Of a DNA stretch of 60,994 nucleotides, positions 1 through 8,599 are shown piece after piece (the first letter of the stretch is position 1; every line of letters starts with the position of its first letter). Position numbers and translations under genes: made by a program. The notes beneath the pieces are model-generated. The model did not search any database, was not told the origin of the DNA, and worked only from the letters and a program-made list of their open reading frames with translations. The DNA comes from Gaiellaceae bacterium (lineage in GTDB: Bacteria > Actinomycetota > Thermoleophilia > Gaiellales > Gaiellaceae), in assembly GCA_035310325.1 (NCBI GenBank), contig DATGEH010000204.1, positions 1 through 60,994 on the forward strand, given 5' to 3'.

Positions 1-1
1 G

Positions 2-355
2 ATGGCCGGCGGCGGCACCGCGGCGAACCGTGCGCGGAGCGAATGGCTGTGCGCACGTGTCTACTCCGAGCTCGGCAGAGCGGAACCGGCGCTCCACCAC
101 GCACGGCGCTGCCTCGAGCTCGTCGCGCAGAACCCGGACGCGATGGAGGATTGGGATCTTCCCGGGGCCTACGAGGCCCTCGCCCGCGCGCATGCGGTGG
201 CGGGCGACGGAGCGGAGGCGGAGCGCTACCGCGACCTCGGGCTCGAGGCCGTTTCACGGGTCGCCGATGCCCACGACGCGGAGCACATCGAGAAGGATTT
301 GAGAGGTATCCGGGTTCCGTCCGCGAACGTTGGTAGAACAGACCGGCCAGGTTGA
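2..355 (+). CDS. C-terminal part of a TPR-like helical protein (5-prime end outside window)
   Basis: The ORF runs in from the window edge. It has a helical Ala/Leu/Arg-rich repeat character and ends just before the hairpin at 421-445. Confidence 0.4.
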   Translation: MAGGGTAANRARSEWLCARVYSELGRAEPALHHARRCLELVAQNPDAMEDWDLPGAYEALARAHAVAGDGAEAERYRDLGLEAVSRVADAHDAEHIEKDLRGIRVPSANVGRTDRPG

Positions 356-420
356 AAGCACTCTGACGGGCGATTCCGGGCCAAGGTGCTAACCGGACCG
401 CCGACCGGGCCACGTTTTCC

Positions 421-445
421 GCGACCAGGTCTCCGACCTGGTCGC
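421..445. terminator. Perfect 10-bp stem / 5-nt loop hairpin between convergent genes
   Basis: gcgaccaggt-ctccg-acctggtcgc, followed on + by agcctttct. It lies between the stop at 355 (+) and the stop at 453 (-). Confidence 0.6.
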
Positions 446-452
446 AGCCTTT

Positions 453-1694
453 CTAGGTCAGCGCAAGCGCGTCTTCGCTGACGCGCACGTGCCTCAGCGG
501 CGAGCGGAGCAGCGGGATGAACGACAGCGCGGTGCCGATCGCGCCGATGAGCAGCGCGTGCCGCAGACCGATGCTCGCACCGAGCGCTCCGCCGATCAGG
601 CCGCCGAAGGGGATGACGCCCCAGACGACGAAGCGCCGCGACGCGTTCGCACGCCCGAGCATCCGGTCCGGCGTGATCGTCTGGTAGAGGCTGATCCCGT
701 TGATGTTCCCGCCGATCGCGGTGTACCCGTACACGAGGCGTGCGATGAGAATGAACGGGATCGCGTAGCCGCCCCGTGCGAACGGGATGAGCAGGCTCGA
801 GAAGCCGTTGACGGCACCGAGCGCGATGATCGTCGGGCCGACGCCGATGCGGCGTGCGACCCGCGTCGCCGTCAACGCGCCGATCAGCGTCCCGATGTTC
901 GCGAGCGAGAAGACCAGCCCGATCGTTGCCGCGTGGAGATGGAGGTCGCGAACGGCGAACACGAGGAAGATCGAGAAGATCAGGATCGAGAAGAAGTTGT
1001 TCAGGGCGACCCAGAGCATCATCGACCGCAGGATCGGATTCCCGACGACATAGCGCAGTCCCTCCGCGATCTCGACACGCATGCGTCGCCGCGCCTCGAC
1101 GACCTTCTCCTCGACTCGGCGGATGCCTCCGAGCAGCAGCGCCGATCCGACGAAGCTCACCGCGTCGACGGCGATCGCATACGGCGCGGTGATCGCGCCG
1201 ACGAGGACCCCGGCGAGGCCCGGCCCGGCGAGTGCGGCGCCGGAGTTCGTCGTCTCGAGCTTCGAGTTCGCGTCGCCGAGCTCGTGCCGCTCGACGATGC
1301 TCGGCAGGATCGTCTGGTACGAGACGTCGAAGAAGACTGTGAGCGTTCCGGCCGTAAAGCCGACGACGAAGAGCTGCGCGAGCGTCAGCCCGCCGAATGC
1401 ATAGACGATCGGGATCGATCCGAGAGCGATTGCTCGGCCCCAGTCGGCGCCGATCATCAGCGGCCGGCGGCGGAGCCGGTCGACCCAAACTCCGGCCGGA
1501 AGTGCGAAGAGCACGAACGGGAGGACGTCCACGACGTTGAGCGCCGCAACTTGGAAGGTGCTGGCATGGACGACGAAGATCGCAGCGAGCGGCAGTGCGA
1601 GCCCGGTTACCTGGCTGCCGAGCTGGCTGACGCTCTGCGCGCTCCATAGGTGCAGGAAGTCGCGGTTTCGCCAGAGCGGGCCGCGCGGCCTCAA
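453..1694 (-). CDS. MFS transporter (EntS/MFS_3-like exporter)
   Basis: This is the C-terminal 413 codons of the 805-aa track ORF and is multi-TM (LWRNRDFLHLWSAQSVSQLG...). The proposed TTG start at 1694 overlaps the upstream TGA (TTGA). The start is uncertain. Confidence 0.75.
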   Translation of the reverse strand: MRPRGPLWRNRDFLHLWSAQSVSQLGSQVTGLALPLAAIFVVHASTFQVAALNVVDVLPFVLFALPAGVWVDRLRRRPLMIGADWGRAIALGSIPIVYAFGGLTLAQLFVVGFTAGTLTVFFDVSYQTILPSIVERHELGDANSKLETTNSGAALAGPGLAGVLVGAITAPYAIAVDAVSFVGSALLLGGIRRVEEKVVEARRRMRVEIAEGLRYVVGNPILRSMMLWVALNNFFSILIFSIFLVFAVRDLHLHAATIGLVFSLANIGTLIGALTATRVARRIGVGPTIIALGAVNGFSSLLIPFARGGYAIPFILIARLVYGYTAIGGNINGISLYQTITPDRMLGRANASRRFVVWGVIPFGGLIGGALGASIGLRHALLIGAIGTALSFIPLLRSPLRHVRVSEDALALT

Positions 1695-2950
1695 AGGAGC
1701 GCTTCGAACCGGGCGTTGTCGTCGAACGGGCCGATGAGCGCGAGGCGCAGCCGCTCGCCGGCGATGACGTCTTGTGCGACGCGCGCAACATCTTCCGCCG
1801 TCACGGCGGAGACGCCTGCGAGGACTTCTTCCGGATCGGGTGCGCGCTGTTCGAGAACCTCCTTGCGGAGCCCGAACATGATCAGGCCTTGCGGGCTCTC
1901 GAGCTGGAGGACGAAGCGGCCCTTCGCAAAGCTCCGCGCCTTCTCCAGCTCGTCCGCCGGAACGGATTCGGCCGCGATCTTCTTCAGCTCGGCGGCGATC
2001 GTGCTCACCGCTTCGTCGATTCGGTTGATGTCGACCCCCGCCTGCGCATACAACGACCCCGCATCGGTGTAGCTGTGGTTCGTGCCGAACACGTAATACG
2101 CGAGGCCGCGCCGCTCGCGTACTTCGGTGAAGAGTCGCGACGACATCCCGCCGCCGAGCACGGTCGCGAGCAACTGCAGCGCGTACCGGTCGGGATGCTC
2201 GAGCGGATAACTCGGCACGCCGAGGATGACGTGTGCCTGATCGGATTGCTTCGTGAAGACCTTCACGCGGCCGTTCGCGTACGGCAGGACCGGAGCGGGA
2301 TCGCCGGTATCCCCCGGCGCGAGGCCGCCCAGCAGCTCCTGTGCGCGCTCCACCGCGTCGTCGCCGATCCGGCCGGCGATGCCGACGACCATGCGCGACG
2401 GGTGATACCAGCGGTCGAGGTACGACATGAACGTCTCGCGTGTCGCCGCGCGCACCGTCTCCTTGCGGCCGATGATGTCCCAGCCGAGCGGCTGGTCGCC
2501 GTAGAGGAGATCCTCGTACACGCCGCCGATGTAGTCGCGCGGCGTGTCGAAGTACATGTTCATCTCCTCGACGATCACGCCTTTCTCGCGGTCGATCTCG
2601 TCGGCGTCGAAGCGCGAGTTGCGCAGCATGTCGACGAGCACGTCGAGCGCGACGTCGCGATGCTCGGCTGCACACTTGACGTAGTACGCCGTCGACTCCT
2701 TGCCGGTGAAGGCATTGAACTCGCCGCCGATCGCGTCGATCTCGCCGGCGATGTCGCGCGCGGTGGGGCGCCGTTCCGTTCCCTTGAAGAACATGTGCTC
2801 GGAGAAGTGCGCGATCCCGTTCGTCTCCGGCGTCTCGTACCGCGAGCCGGCGGCGAGCATGACCATGCACGTGACCGACTGCGCATGGTCGAGGTTCGCC
2901 GTGAGGACGCGGAGGCCGTTGTCGAGGACGGTGCGCTCGAACGTGCTCAT
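1691..2950 (-). CDS. M16-family zinc peptidase (insulinase-like)
   Basis: HxxEH zinc motif (GIAHFSEHMFFKG). 419-aa ORF whose ATG overlaps the upstream stop (ATGA). Confidence 0.85.
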   Translation of the reverse strand: MSTFERTVLDNGLRVLTANLDHAQSVTCMVMLAAGSRYETPETNGIAHFSEHMFFKGTERRPTARDIAGEIDAIGGEFNAFTGKESTAYYVKCAAEHRDVALDVLVDMLRNSRFDADEIDREKGVIVEEMNMYFDTPRDYIGGVYEDLLYGDQPLGWDIIGRKETVRAATRETFMSYLDRWYHPSRMVVGIAGRIGDDAVERAQELLGGLAPGDTGDPAPVLPYANGRVKVFTKQSDQAHVILGVPSYPLEHPDRYALQLLATVLGGGMSSRLFTEVRERRGLAYYVFGTNHSYTDAGSLYAQAGVDINRIDEAVSTIAAELKKIAAESVPADELEKARSFAKGRFVLQLESPQGLIMFGLRKEVLEQRAPDPEEVLAGVSAVTAEDVARVAQDVIAGERLRLALIGPFDDNARFEALL

Positions 2951-3330
2951 GCGCTCAGCCGTTTTCGCCAGCGGTCGGGGATCTCCGCGCTCTTCGCATT
3001 CGCGTAGTCGTAGCCGACGAGCACGCTCTTCGCCTCGGCGACGAGCCGCCCGTCGGCGCGGAGCTCGTACTCGAGCTCGAAGCTCTTCGTCCCGAGCCGG
3101 GACGGTCGGACGCCGATCTCGACGACCTCGCCGACCGAGAGCGGCGAGCGGAAGTCGATCTCCGTGCGCGCGAGGATCACGTCTTCCAGCGGCATCTGCT
3201 CGTCACGGCCGAACCACGCGAGCCGGGCCTGTTCGAGGTACGTCGAGTACACGGCGTTGTTGACGTGGCCCATGCCGTCGAGGTCGTTGAAGCGGACGGT
3301 CTCGCGATGCACGAACGGAAACCCTTCCAT
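2947..3330 (-). CDS. Hotdog-fold acyl-CoA thioesterase (4HBT/YbgC-like)
   Basis: MEGFPFVHRETVRFNDLDGMGHVNNAVYSTYLEQAR, 127 aa. The ATG at 3330 shares one nt with the upstream TGA. Confidence 0.8.
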   Translation of the reverse strand: MEGFPFVHRETVRFNDLDGMGHVNNAVYSTYLEQARLAWFGRDEQMPLEDVILARTEIDFRSPLSVGEVVEIGVRPSRLGTKSFELEYELRADGRLVAEAKSVLVGYDYANAKSAEIPDRWRKRLSA

Positions 3331-4286
3331 CAGACGCCGGCGAGGATCTCGGTTTCCTTCTCGCGCGTGAGCGTCGGGCGCTGCTCGCCCGCCTCGAGGC
3401 TCCACGCGAGCGTGTCGCGCGCGGTCTCCTCGAGCGGGCGGAACGTGATGCCCGCCGCGAGCGCGCGGGAGATGTCGGCCTGCAGGATTCCGGCGTGCTC
3501 GTCGCCCGGAAGCCAGAGCGGCAGCTCCATCCACGGGCCGACGCCGGCGTCGAGCAGCGTCTGGTCGCCGACCCACACGAGGTTGCCGCCGCCGCTGCGC
3601 TCGAGCGTCTCGCCGAGCGTCAGCGGCTCGGCGGGGCCGGTGGCATTGAAGATCCCGCCGGTCCGCGTCTCGGCGAGCCGGACGAGGAAGGCGCCGAGGT
3701 CGCGCGCGTCGATGAGCTGCACGCGCTGCGACGGCGAGCCGGGCGCGAGCACGTCGCCGCCTTCGGCGAGGCGGCGCGGCCAGTACGTGAAGCGGTCGGT
3801 GGGATCGTGCGGCCCGACGATGAGGCCCGCGCGCGCGATCGACGCACGGTCGCCGAAGACGTCGAGCACGGCGCGCTCGGAGCCGGCCTTCAGCCCGCCG
3901 TACTGCTCTGCATCGAACTCGTCCGGCTCCGGGTCCGGCGGATCGAAGAGCGGCGAGCCCTCGTGGATCGGCTGCGACGTGTCCGAGTACACGGAGATCG
4001 TCGACACGAAGACGTAGTGCACGACGGAGTCGACGAGGGCCTCAGCACGCCGGCGCGTGTGTCGCGGCAGCTGCGTCGGGTCGAGGTCGACCGCGGCGTC
4101 CCACTCGCGTCCGCGCAACGCATCGAGGTCGCCGGTGAGGTCGCCGCGCAGCTTCTCGACGTTCGGGTAGAGGTCGGGGTTCGTCTGGCCGCGGTTGAAG
4201 AGCGTGACGTCGTGGCCTGCGGCGAGCGCGGCATCCACGACGCCGCGGCCGAGGAACTTCGTCCCCCCAAGGACGAGGAGTCTCAC
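3330..4286 (-). CDS. NAD(P)-dependent epimerase/dehydratase family protein
   Basis: Rossmann N-terminus (V)RLLVLGGTKFLGRGVV. The GTG start at 4286 overlaps the upstream TGA (GTGA). Confidence 0.75.
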   Translation of the reverse strand: MRLLVLGGTKFLGRGVVDAALAAGHDVTLFNRGQTNPDLYPNVEKLRGDLTGDLDALRGREWDAAVDLDPTQLPRHTRRRAEALVDSVVHYVFVSTISVYSDTSQPIHEGSPLFDPPDPEPDEFDAEQYGGLKAGSERAVLDVFGDRASIARAGLIVGPHDPTDRFTYWPRRLAEGGDVLAPGSPSQRVQLIDARDLGAFLVRLAETRTGGIFNATGPAEPLTLGETLERSGGGNLVWVGDQTLLDAGVGPWMELPLWLPGDEHAGILQADISRALAAGITFRPLEETARDTLAWSLEAGEQRPTLTREKETEILAGV

Positions 4287-5584
4287 GCGGCGTAGCGCTC
4301 GACGACGCGGGCGACGGCCTCGGCGCCGAAGCGAATCGCGTCCGCAGGCACGCGCTCGTCCGCGGCGTGCACGAGCTTGAGGAAGTCGACGTCGTCGGGC
4401 AGGTTGAGCGGAAGGAACCCGTAGGTCTGGATGCCGAGCTTCGCGAAGAAGCGCCCGTCGGTGACCCCGACCTGGAGCAGCGGCACCGGAATCGCATCCG
4501 GGTCGAGCTCGCGCAGGACGTCGTAGAGCAGCGGCAACTGCGACAGGTCGGAGTGCGCGGGGTACGGGTCGTGGCGCACGACCTCGAGCTCGAGCGCCGG
4601 GCCGACGAGATCGCCGATCTCGCCGATCACGTCGTCCGGCCCGTAGCCCGGCAGCGAGCGCGCGTCGAGCTCGAGCTCGATCTCCGACGGGATGACGTTG
4701 ATCTTGCTGCCCCCGTGCACGATCGTCGCGGTCACCGTGTTCCGCAGCGCGCGGTCGAGCATGCGCAGCTTCGGGCTCGGCGCGCGGAGCGCGATCTCGG
4801 CGAGGCGCGGCTCCAGCAGCGAGCGCAGGAACAGCGCCTGCGCACCGCTCGATGCTTCGGCCATCCCCTCGATCCACGCGCGCGCGACCGGCGTGACGTG
4901 GACGGGAAGCCGTCCGGAGTCGAGTTTCGCGAGGATGCGGCCGGCCTTGGACATGGCGCTCCCGCTCACGCCGAGCGCCGCGTGGCCACCTGGGCCGCGC
5001 ACGCGGCCGCGCAGCCAGCAGATCTGCTTCTCGGCGACCTGGATCGGATAGAAGCTCTTGCCTCCGAGCTGCATGCGCGCGCCGCCGAACTCCCCGAGCG
5101 AGTGGCGCACGCCCTCGAAGAGGTCTGCGTGCTCGTCGGCGAGGAAGCGCGCGCCGAAGTCGCCGCCGTTCTCCTCGTCGCTCAAGACGGCGAGGATGAG
5201 GTCGCCGCGCGGCTTCAGCTCTCCGCGCGCGGCGCGCAGGAACGCATCGACGAGCATCGCGACGCCGCCCTTCATGTCGAGTGCGCCGCGGCCCCAGACC
5301 CAGCCGTCGACGAGCTCGCCGCCGAACGGATCGCGTGACCACTCCTGCCCGACGGTCGTGACGACGTCGACGTGGCCGTAGAGCAGCAGCGGCGGAGCCT
5401 CGCCCGCGCCCTGCACGCGCGCGATGAGGTTCGGCCTCGCGTCGTCCTTCGCGACGATGCGCGTCTGGACGCCGGCCTCCTCGACGAGCCGCTGCACGTG
5501 CGCGATGCATGCGGTCTCGTTGCCCGGCGGGTTCGTCGTGTCGAACCGAATGAGGTCCTGCAGGAGCTCGACGACGTCGGTCAC
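4283..5584 (-). CDS. M20-family metallopeptidase (dipeptidase/deacylase-like)
   Basis: Motifs LLLYGHVDVV and GRGALDMKGG. The GTG start at 5584 overlaps the upstream stop (GTGA). Confidence 0.8.
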   Translation of the reverse strand: MTDVVELLQDLIRFDTTNPPGNETACIAHVQRLVEEAGVQTRIVAKDDARPNLIARVQGAGEAPPLLLYGHVDVVTTVGQEWSRDPFGGELVDGWVWGRGALDMKGGVAMLVDAFLRAARGELKPRGDLILAVLSDEENGGDFGARFLADEHADLFEGVRHSLGEFGGARMQLGGKSFYPIQVAEKQICWLRGRVRGPGGHAALGVSGSAMSKAGRILAKLDSGRLPVHVTPVARAWIEGMAEASSGAQALFLRSLLEPRLAEIALRAPSPKLRMLDRALRNTVTATIVHGGSKINVIPSEIELELDARSLPGYGPDDVIGEIGDLVGPALELEVVRHDPYPAHSDLSQLPLLYDVLRELDPDAIPVPLLQVGVTDGRFFAKLGIQTYGFLPLNLPDDVDFLKLVHAADERVPADAIRFGAEAVARVVERYAA

Positions 5585-6720
5585 AGTTCCTCCAAGGCGG
5601 TGAGCAGCCGGTCGATCTCGTCGGCGGTGTTGTAGTGGACGAAGCCCGCGCGCACGACGCCCTCGGGGGCGAGCCCGAGCGCCTGCATCACCTCGACGGC
5701 GTAATAGTCGCCTTCCCACACGGCGATGTCGCGCGCGCCCAGCTTCTCGGCGACGCTGCGGGGCGTCAGTCCGTCGACCCGGAACGCGAACGTCGGCACG
5801 CGGCCCTCCATGGTCGGCAGGCCGTACAGCGTGCAGCGGTCGGGCAGCCCCTCGAGGAAGCGCTTGCCGAGCGCGTGCTCCTGTGCCTGGATGGCCGGCC
5901 ACCCGACGGAGTCGATGTATTCGGTCGCGGCGACGAAGCCGGCGAGCAGCTCATGCTGCAGCGTGCCGTTCTCGTACGGATGGTCGGATGGGCGCACCTT
6001 GTACGTGCGCCACGAGTCGGTCAGCTCGGCCCGCACGAACGCGAGGCCCATGTGCGGCCCGAAGAACTTGTACGGCGAGCAGAGCAGGACGTCGGCGCCG
6101 AGCTCTGCGACGTCGAGCGGCCGGTGCGGCGCCGAGTGCACGGCGTCGCACCACGCGAGCGCGCCTGCTTCGTGTGCGAGGTCGACGAGCTGCTTTGCGT
6201 CGGTCAGCGTGCCCAGCGCATTCGATGCGAGCGGGAACGCGACGACGCGCGTCCGCTCGGTCAGCTTCGCCTGCAGGTCGTCGAGGTCGAGCGTCGTGTC
6301 GTCGTTCAGCTCGACGAAGCGCACGTGTAGATCGAGATCGTGCGCGAGCTCGAGCCAGGGCGCGACGTTGCCGTCGTGGTCGAGCCGGGTGACGAGGACC
6401 TCGTCTCCGGCAGAGAGCGTGCGCCCGACTGTACGCGTAAGCGCGAAGTTGAGCGTCGTCATGCTCGGCCCGAAGGTCGTCTCCGCCGGAGAGCAGCCGA
6501 GAAACGCTGCGGCCGCGATGCGAGCATCCGCGATCAATGCATCGGTCGCGCGGCTGTTGCCGAATGCGCCTCCGACGTTCGAGTTCGATTTCCGCAGATA
6601 GCCGGCGACCGCGGTGATGACGGAATCGGGGCACTGCGTCCCGGCGGGCGCGTCGAGGAATGCGGTCGGCACCTGCAGGGCGCTGAATTGCGCGCGGACG
6701 TCAAGGGCGAGCGTGCTCAC
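5581..6720 (-). CDS. Class V aminotransferase / cysteine desulfurase-like PLP enzyme
   Basis: 379 aa with a PLP-lysine region CSPYKFFGPHMG. SufS/CsdA-like overall pattern. Confidence 0.75.
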   Translation of the reverse strand: MSTLALDVRAQFSALQVPTAFLDAPAGTQCPDSVITAVAGYLRKSNSNVGGAFGNSRATDALIADARIAAAAFLGCSPAETTFGPSMTTLNFALTRTVGRTLSAGDEVLVTRLDHDGNVAPWLELAHDLDLHVRFVELNDDTTLDLDDLQAKLTERTRVVAFPLASNALGTLTDAKQLVDLAHEAGALAWCDAVHSAPHRPLDVAELGADVLLCSPYKFFGPHMGLAFVRAELTDSWRTYKVRPSDHPYENGTLQHELLAGFVAATEYIDSVGWPAIQAQEHALGKRFLEGLPDRCTLYGLPTMEGRVPTFAFRVDGLTPRSVAEKLGARDIAVWEGDYYAVEVMQALGLAPEGVVRAGFVHYNTADEIDRLLTALEEL

Positions 6721-6737
6721 GGTTCGGACCCTACCCT

Positions 6738-7037
6738 GTGGCCGTGAGCACTCTGACGCCTCCCAGGGAGCGGCTCGATCGTGGGCACGGAACCGGCATC
6801 GGCCGCCCGTGGAACGTCATCGTTCTGAACGACGACCACAACACGTTCGACGGTGTTGCGTCGGCGCTCTCCTCCGTGCTCCCAGGCGTGTCATACGACA
6901 AGGGCATGGCGCTCGCGAACCAGATCCACAACACGGGGCTTGCGATCGTGTGGACCGGCGAGCAGGAGCAGGCCGAGCTCTACTGGGAGCAGCTGCGCGG
7001 ACACGGGCTCACGCTCGCGCCGCTCGAGGCCGGCTAG
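6738..7037 (+). CDS. clpS: ATP-dependent Clp protease adaptor ClpS
   Basis: WNVIVLNDDHNTFDGVASALSSVLP...ANQIHNTGLAIVWTG is the typical ClpS core. An alternative start is the GTG at 6744. Confidence 0.85.
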   Translation: MAVSTLTPPRERLDRGHGTGIGRPWNVIVLNDDHNTFDGVASALSSVLPGVSYDKGMALANQIHNTGLAIVWTGEQEQAELYWEQLRGHGLTLAPLEAG

Positions 7038-7414
7038 GTCACCGTCCAGCAGTAGCTCGGCTTGGCGGTGAGCGAGGCGCCGACGAAGCAGTCTCGCTCC
7101 GCCTTCGCGAGCAGCTCCGCCGGGTCGCCGGGTACCGGCACGAGCTGGACGTCGAGCGCGACCGCCGCCTCGACGATCGCATAGCGCCCGTCGCTTTCCC
7201 GCTTCGCCACGTGCGCGTTTGCAGAACCCGTGGCCGACGCGACCTCGATGCCTGCGCGCTTCGCGTGGAAGCGGAGGCTCTCGAGCGAGCAGCGCACGAG
7301 ACCTGCGAGCAGAAGGTGCTCGGGCGTCCACGCCGGCGCCGGCCCGAGGGCGGTCCCGTCCTCGGTGCGCAGCGAGCCGTCCGGCGCGAGATCGACGGTG
7401 AAATCCTGCTGCAC
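7034..7414 (-). CDS. OsmC/Ohr-family peroxiredoxin-like protein
   Basis: 126 aa with two conserved Cys contexts (LVRCSLESL, ERDCFVGASL). Confidence 0.7.
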   Translation of the reverse strand: MQQDFTVDLAPDGSLRTEDGTALGPAPAWTPEHLLLAGLVRCSLESLRFHAKRAGIEVASATGSANAHVAKRESDGRYAIVEAAVALDVQLVPVPGDPAELLAKAERDCFVGASLTAKPSYCWTVT

Positions 7415-7455
7415 GGCCCCATGATGCCGTCCGGACCGGCCCCTAGGCTCCGGGT

Positions 7456-7659
7456 GTGCGTCGCCTCAGGACGCTGTCCGAAGACGAGTGCTACGCCCGT
7501 TGCTATCGGGGGTGGGAGCCGACGGTGACGGTCGTGAAGCTCGAGCCGCGACGGCCCCGCTACCCGACGACCGTGACCGGCGAGGAGCTGCGCCACCTCC
7601 TCGAAGAACGGATCGACGCCCGCCTGCCCGAGGACGACCTCGGCGCCGAAGCCGCGTAG
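7456..7659 (+). CDS. Hypothetical small protein (67 aa)
   Basis: The ORF fills an otherwise empty gap. No recognisable motif. Confidence 0.35.
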   Translation: MRRLRTLSEDECYARCYRGWEPTVTVVKLEPRRPRYPTTVTGEELRHLLEERIDARLPEDDLGAEAA

Positions 7660-7702
7660 CAGCGCCGTCCCGGACGTTCTCGCGCCGCCCGGGCTGCGCG
7701 TC

Positions 7703-8158
7703 GTGTTCTGCGGGATCAATCCCGGCCGCGTGTCGGCGGAGGCGCACGCTCACTTCGCGAATCCGCGCAACGATTTCTGGCGGCTCTTGCATGCAGCGCG
7801 CTTCACGTCGCGCCTGTACGAACCGAGCGAGCAGTTCGAGCTGCTGAAGGAAGGCATCGGCGTCACGAACGCGGCCGCGCGCACGACGCCGGGCTCAGGC
7901 GATCTCCGCAAGGGCGACTTCGACCGCGCGCATCTCGAGCGGATCGCGCGCGAGCTGAAGCCCGGCTGGATCGCGTTCGTCGGCAAGGAGGCGTACCGCG
8001 GCACGTTCGGCGAGCGGCCGGAGCTCGGGGTGCAGGAGCGCAGGCTCGCCGACACGCGGCTCTTCGTGCTCCCGTCGACGTCGCCGGCGAACGCTGCCGT
8101 GCCGTGGAGCGAACGGCTGCGCTGGTTCCGGGAGTTGGCAGCCCGAGGAGCCGCGTAA
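7703..8158 (+). CDS. mug: G/U mismatch-specific uracil-DNA glycosylase (Mug/TDG family)
   Basis: FCGINPG...FANPRNDFW...LPSTSPAN motifs. In-frame family-like residues (PDVLAPPGLRVV) lie upstream of the first canonical start, so the start is uncertain. Confidence 0.8.
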   Translation: MFCGINPGRVSAEAHAHFANPRNDFWRLLHAARFTSRLYEPSEQFELLKEGIGVTNAAARTTPGSGDLRKGDFDRAHLERIARELKPGWIAFVGKEAYRGTFGERPELGVQERRLADTRLFVLPSTSPANAAVPWSERLRWFRELAARGAA

Positions 8159-8168
8159 CCTCTCGCGC

Positions 8169-8585
8169 ATGAGCGATGCACTCGAAGGATCCTGTCTCTG
8201 CGGCGCGGTGCGCATCGAGCTCTCGGGAGAGCCGTACCGCGTCGGCATCTGCCATTGCCTCGACTGCCGCAAGAAGTCGGGCGGGATCTTCACGAGCTGG
8301 GCGATCTATCCGCTGAATCAGGTCAAGGTCACGGGCGAGACGGCCACCTACGGGCTGCGGGGCGACTATGCGCGGCACTTCTGCGCGGCGTGCGGCTCGC
8401 CGATCTACGAGACGCAGGCTGGATCGGACGAGGCGGAGGTGTTCCTGGGGGTGCTCGACGAGCCGAACCGGCTGACACCGACATACGAGCTCAGGACGGT
8501 GCGGCGGGAAGCATGGCTTCCTCCGCTTCCGCTCGCGCGGCACTACACGGCCAACAGAGAAGGCAGCGGCCGCACCGAGTCCTGA
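8169..8585 (+). CDS. GFA/CENP-V family zinc protein (glutathione-dependent formaldehyde-activating-like)
   Basis: Cys clusters CLCGAV, CHCLDCRK and FCAACGSP. Confidence 0.75.
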   Translation: MSDALEGSCLCGAVRIELSGEPYRVGICHCLDCRKKSGGIFTSWAIYPLNQVKVTGETATYGLRGDYARHFCAACGSPIYETQAGSDEAEVFLGVLDEPNRLTPTYELRTVRREAWLPPLPLARHYTANREGSGRTES

Positions 8586-8599
8586 GTTGCTCGACGTGT

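Noticed and set aside
453-2870. Very long fused ORFs in the track (805 aa at 453-2870, 726 aa at 3330-5510, 1133 aa at 10188-13589, 742 aa at 22004-24232, 881 aa at 23997-26642, 719 aa at 39469-41628) taken as single large proteins
   Set aside because: Only the C-terminal portion of each shows a protein-family signature. The N-terminal extensions are Arg/Pro-rich read-through across the upstream gene in a different frame. Internal starts overlapping the upstream stop explain the real genes.
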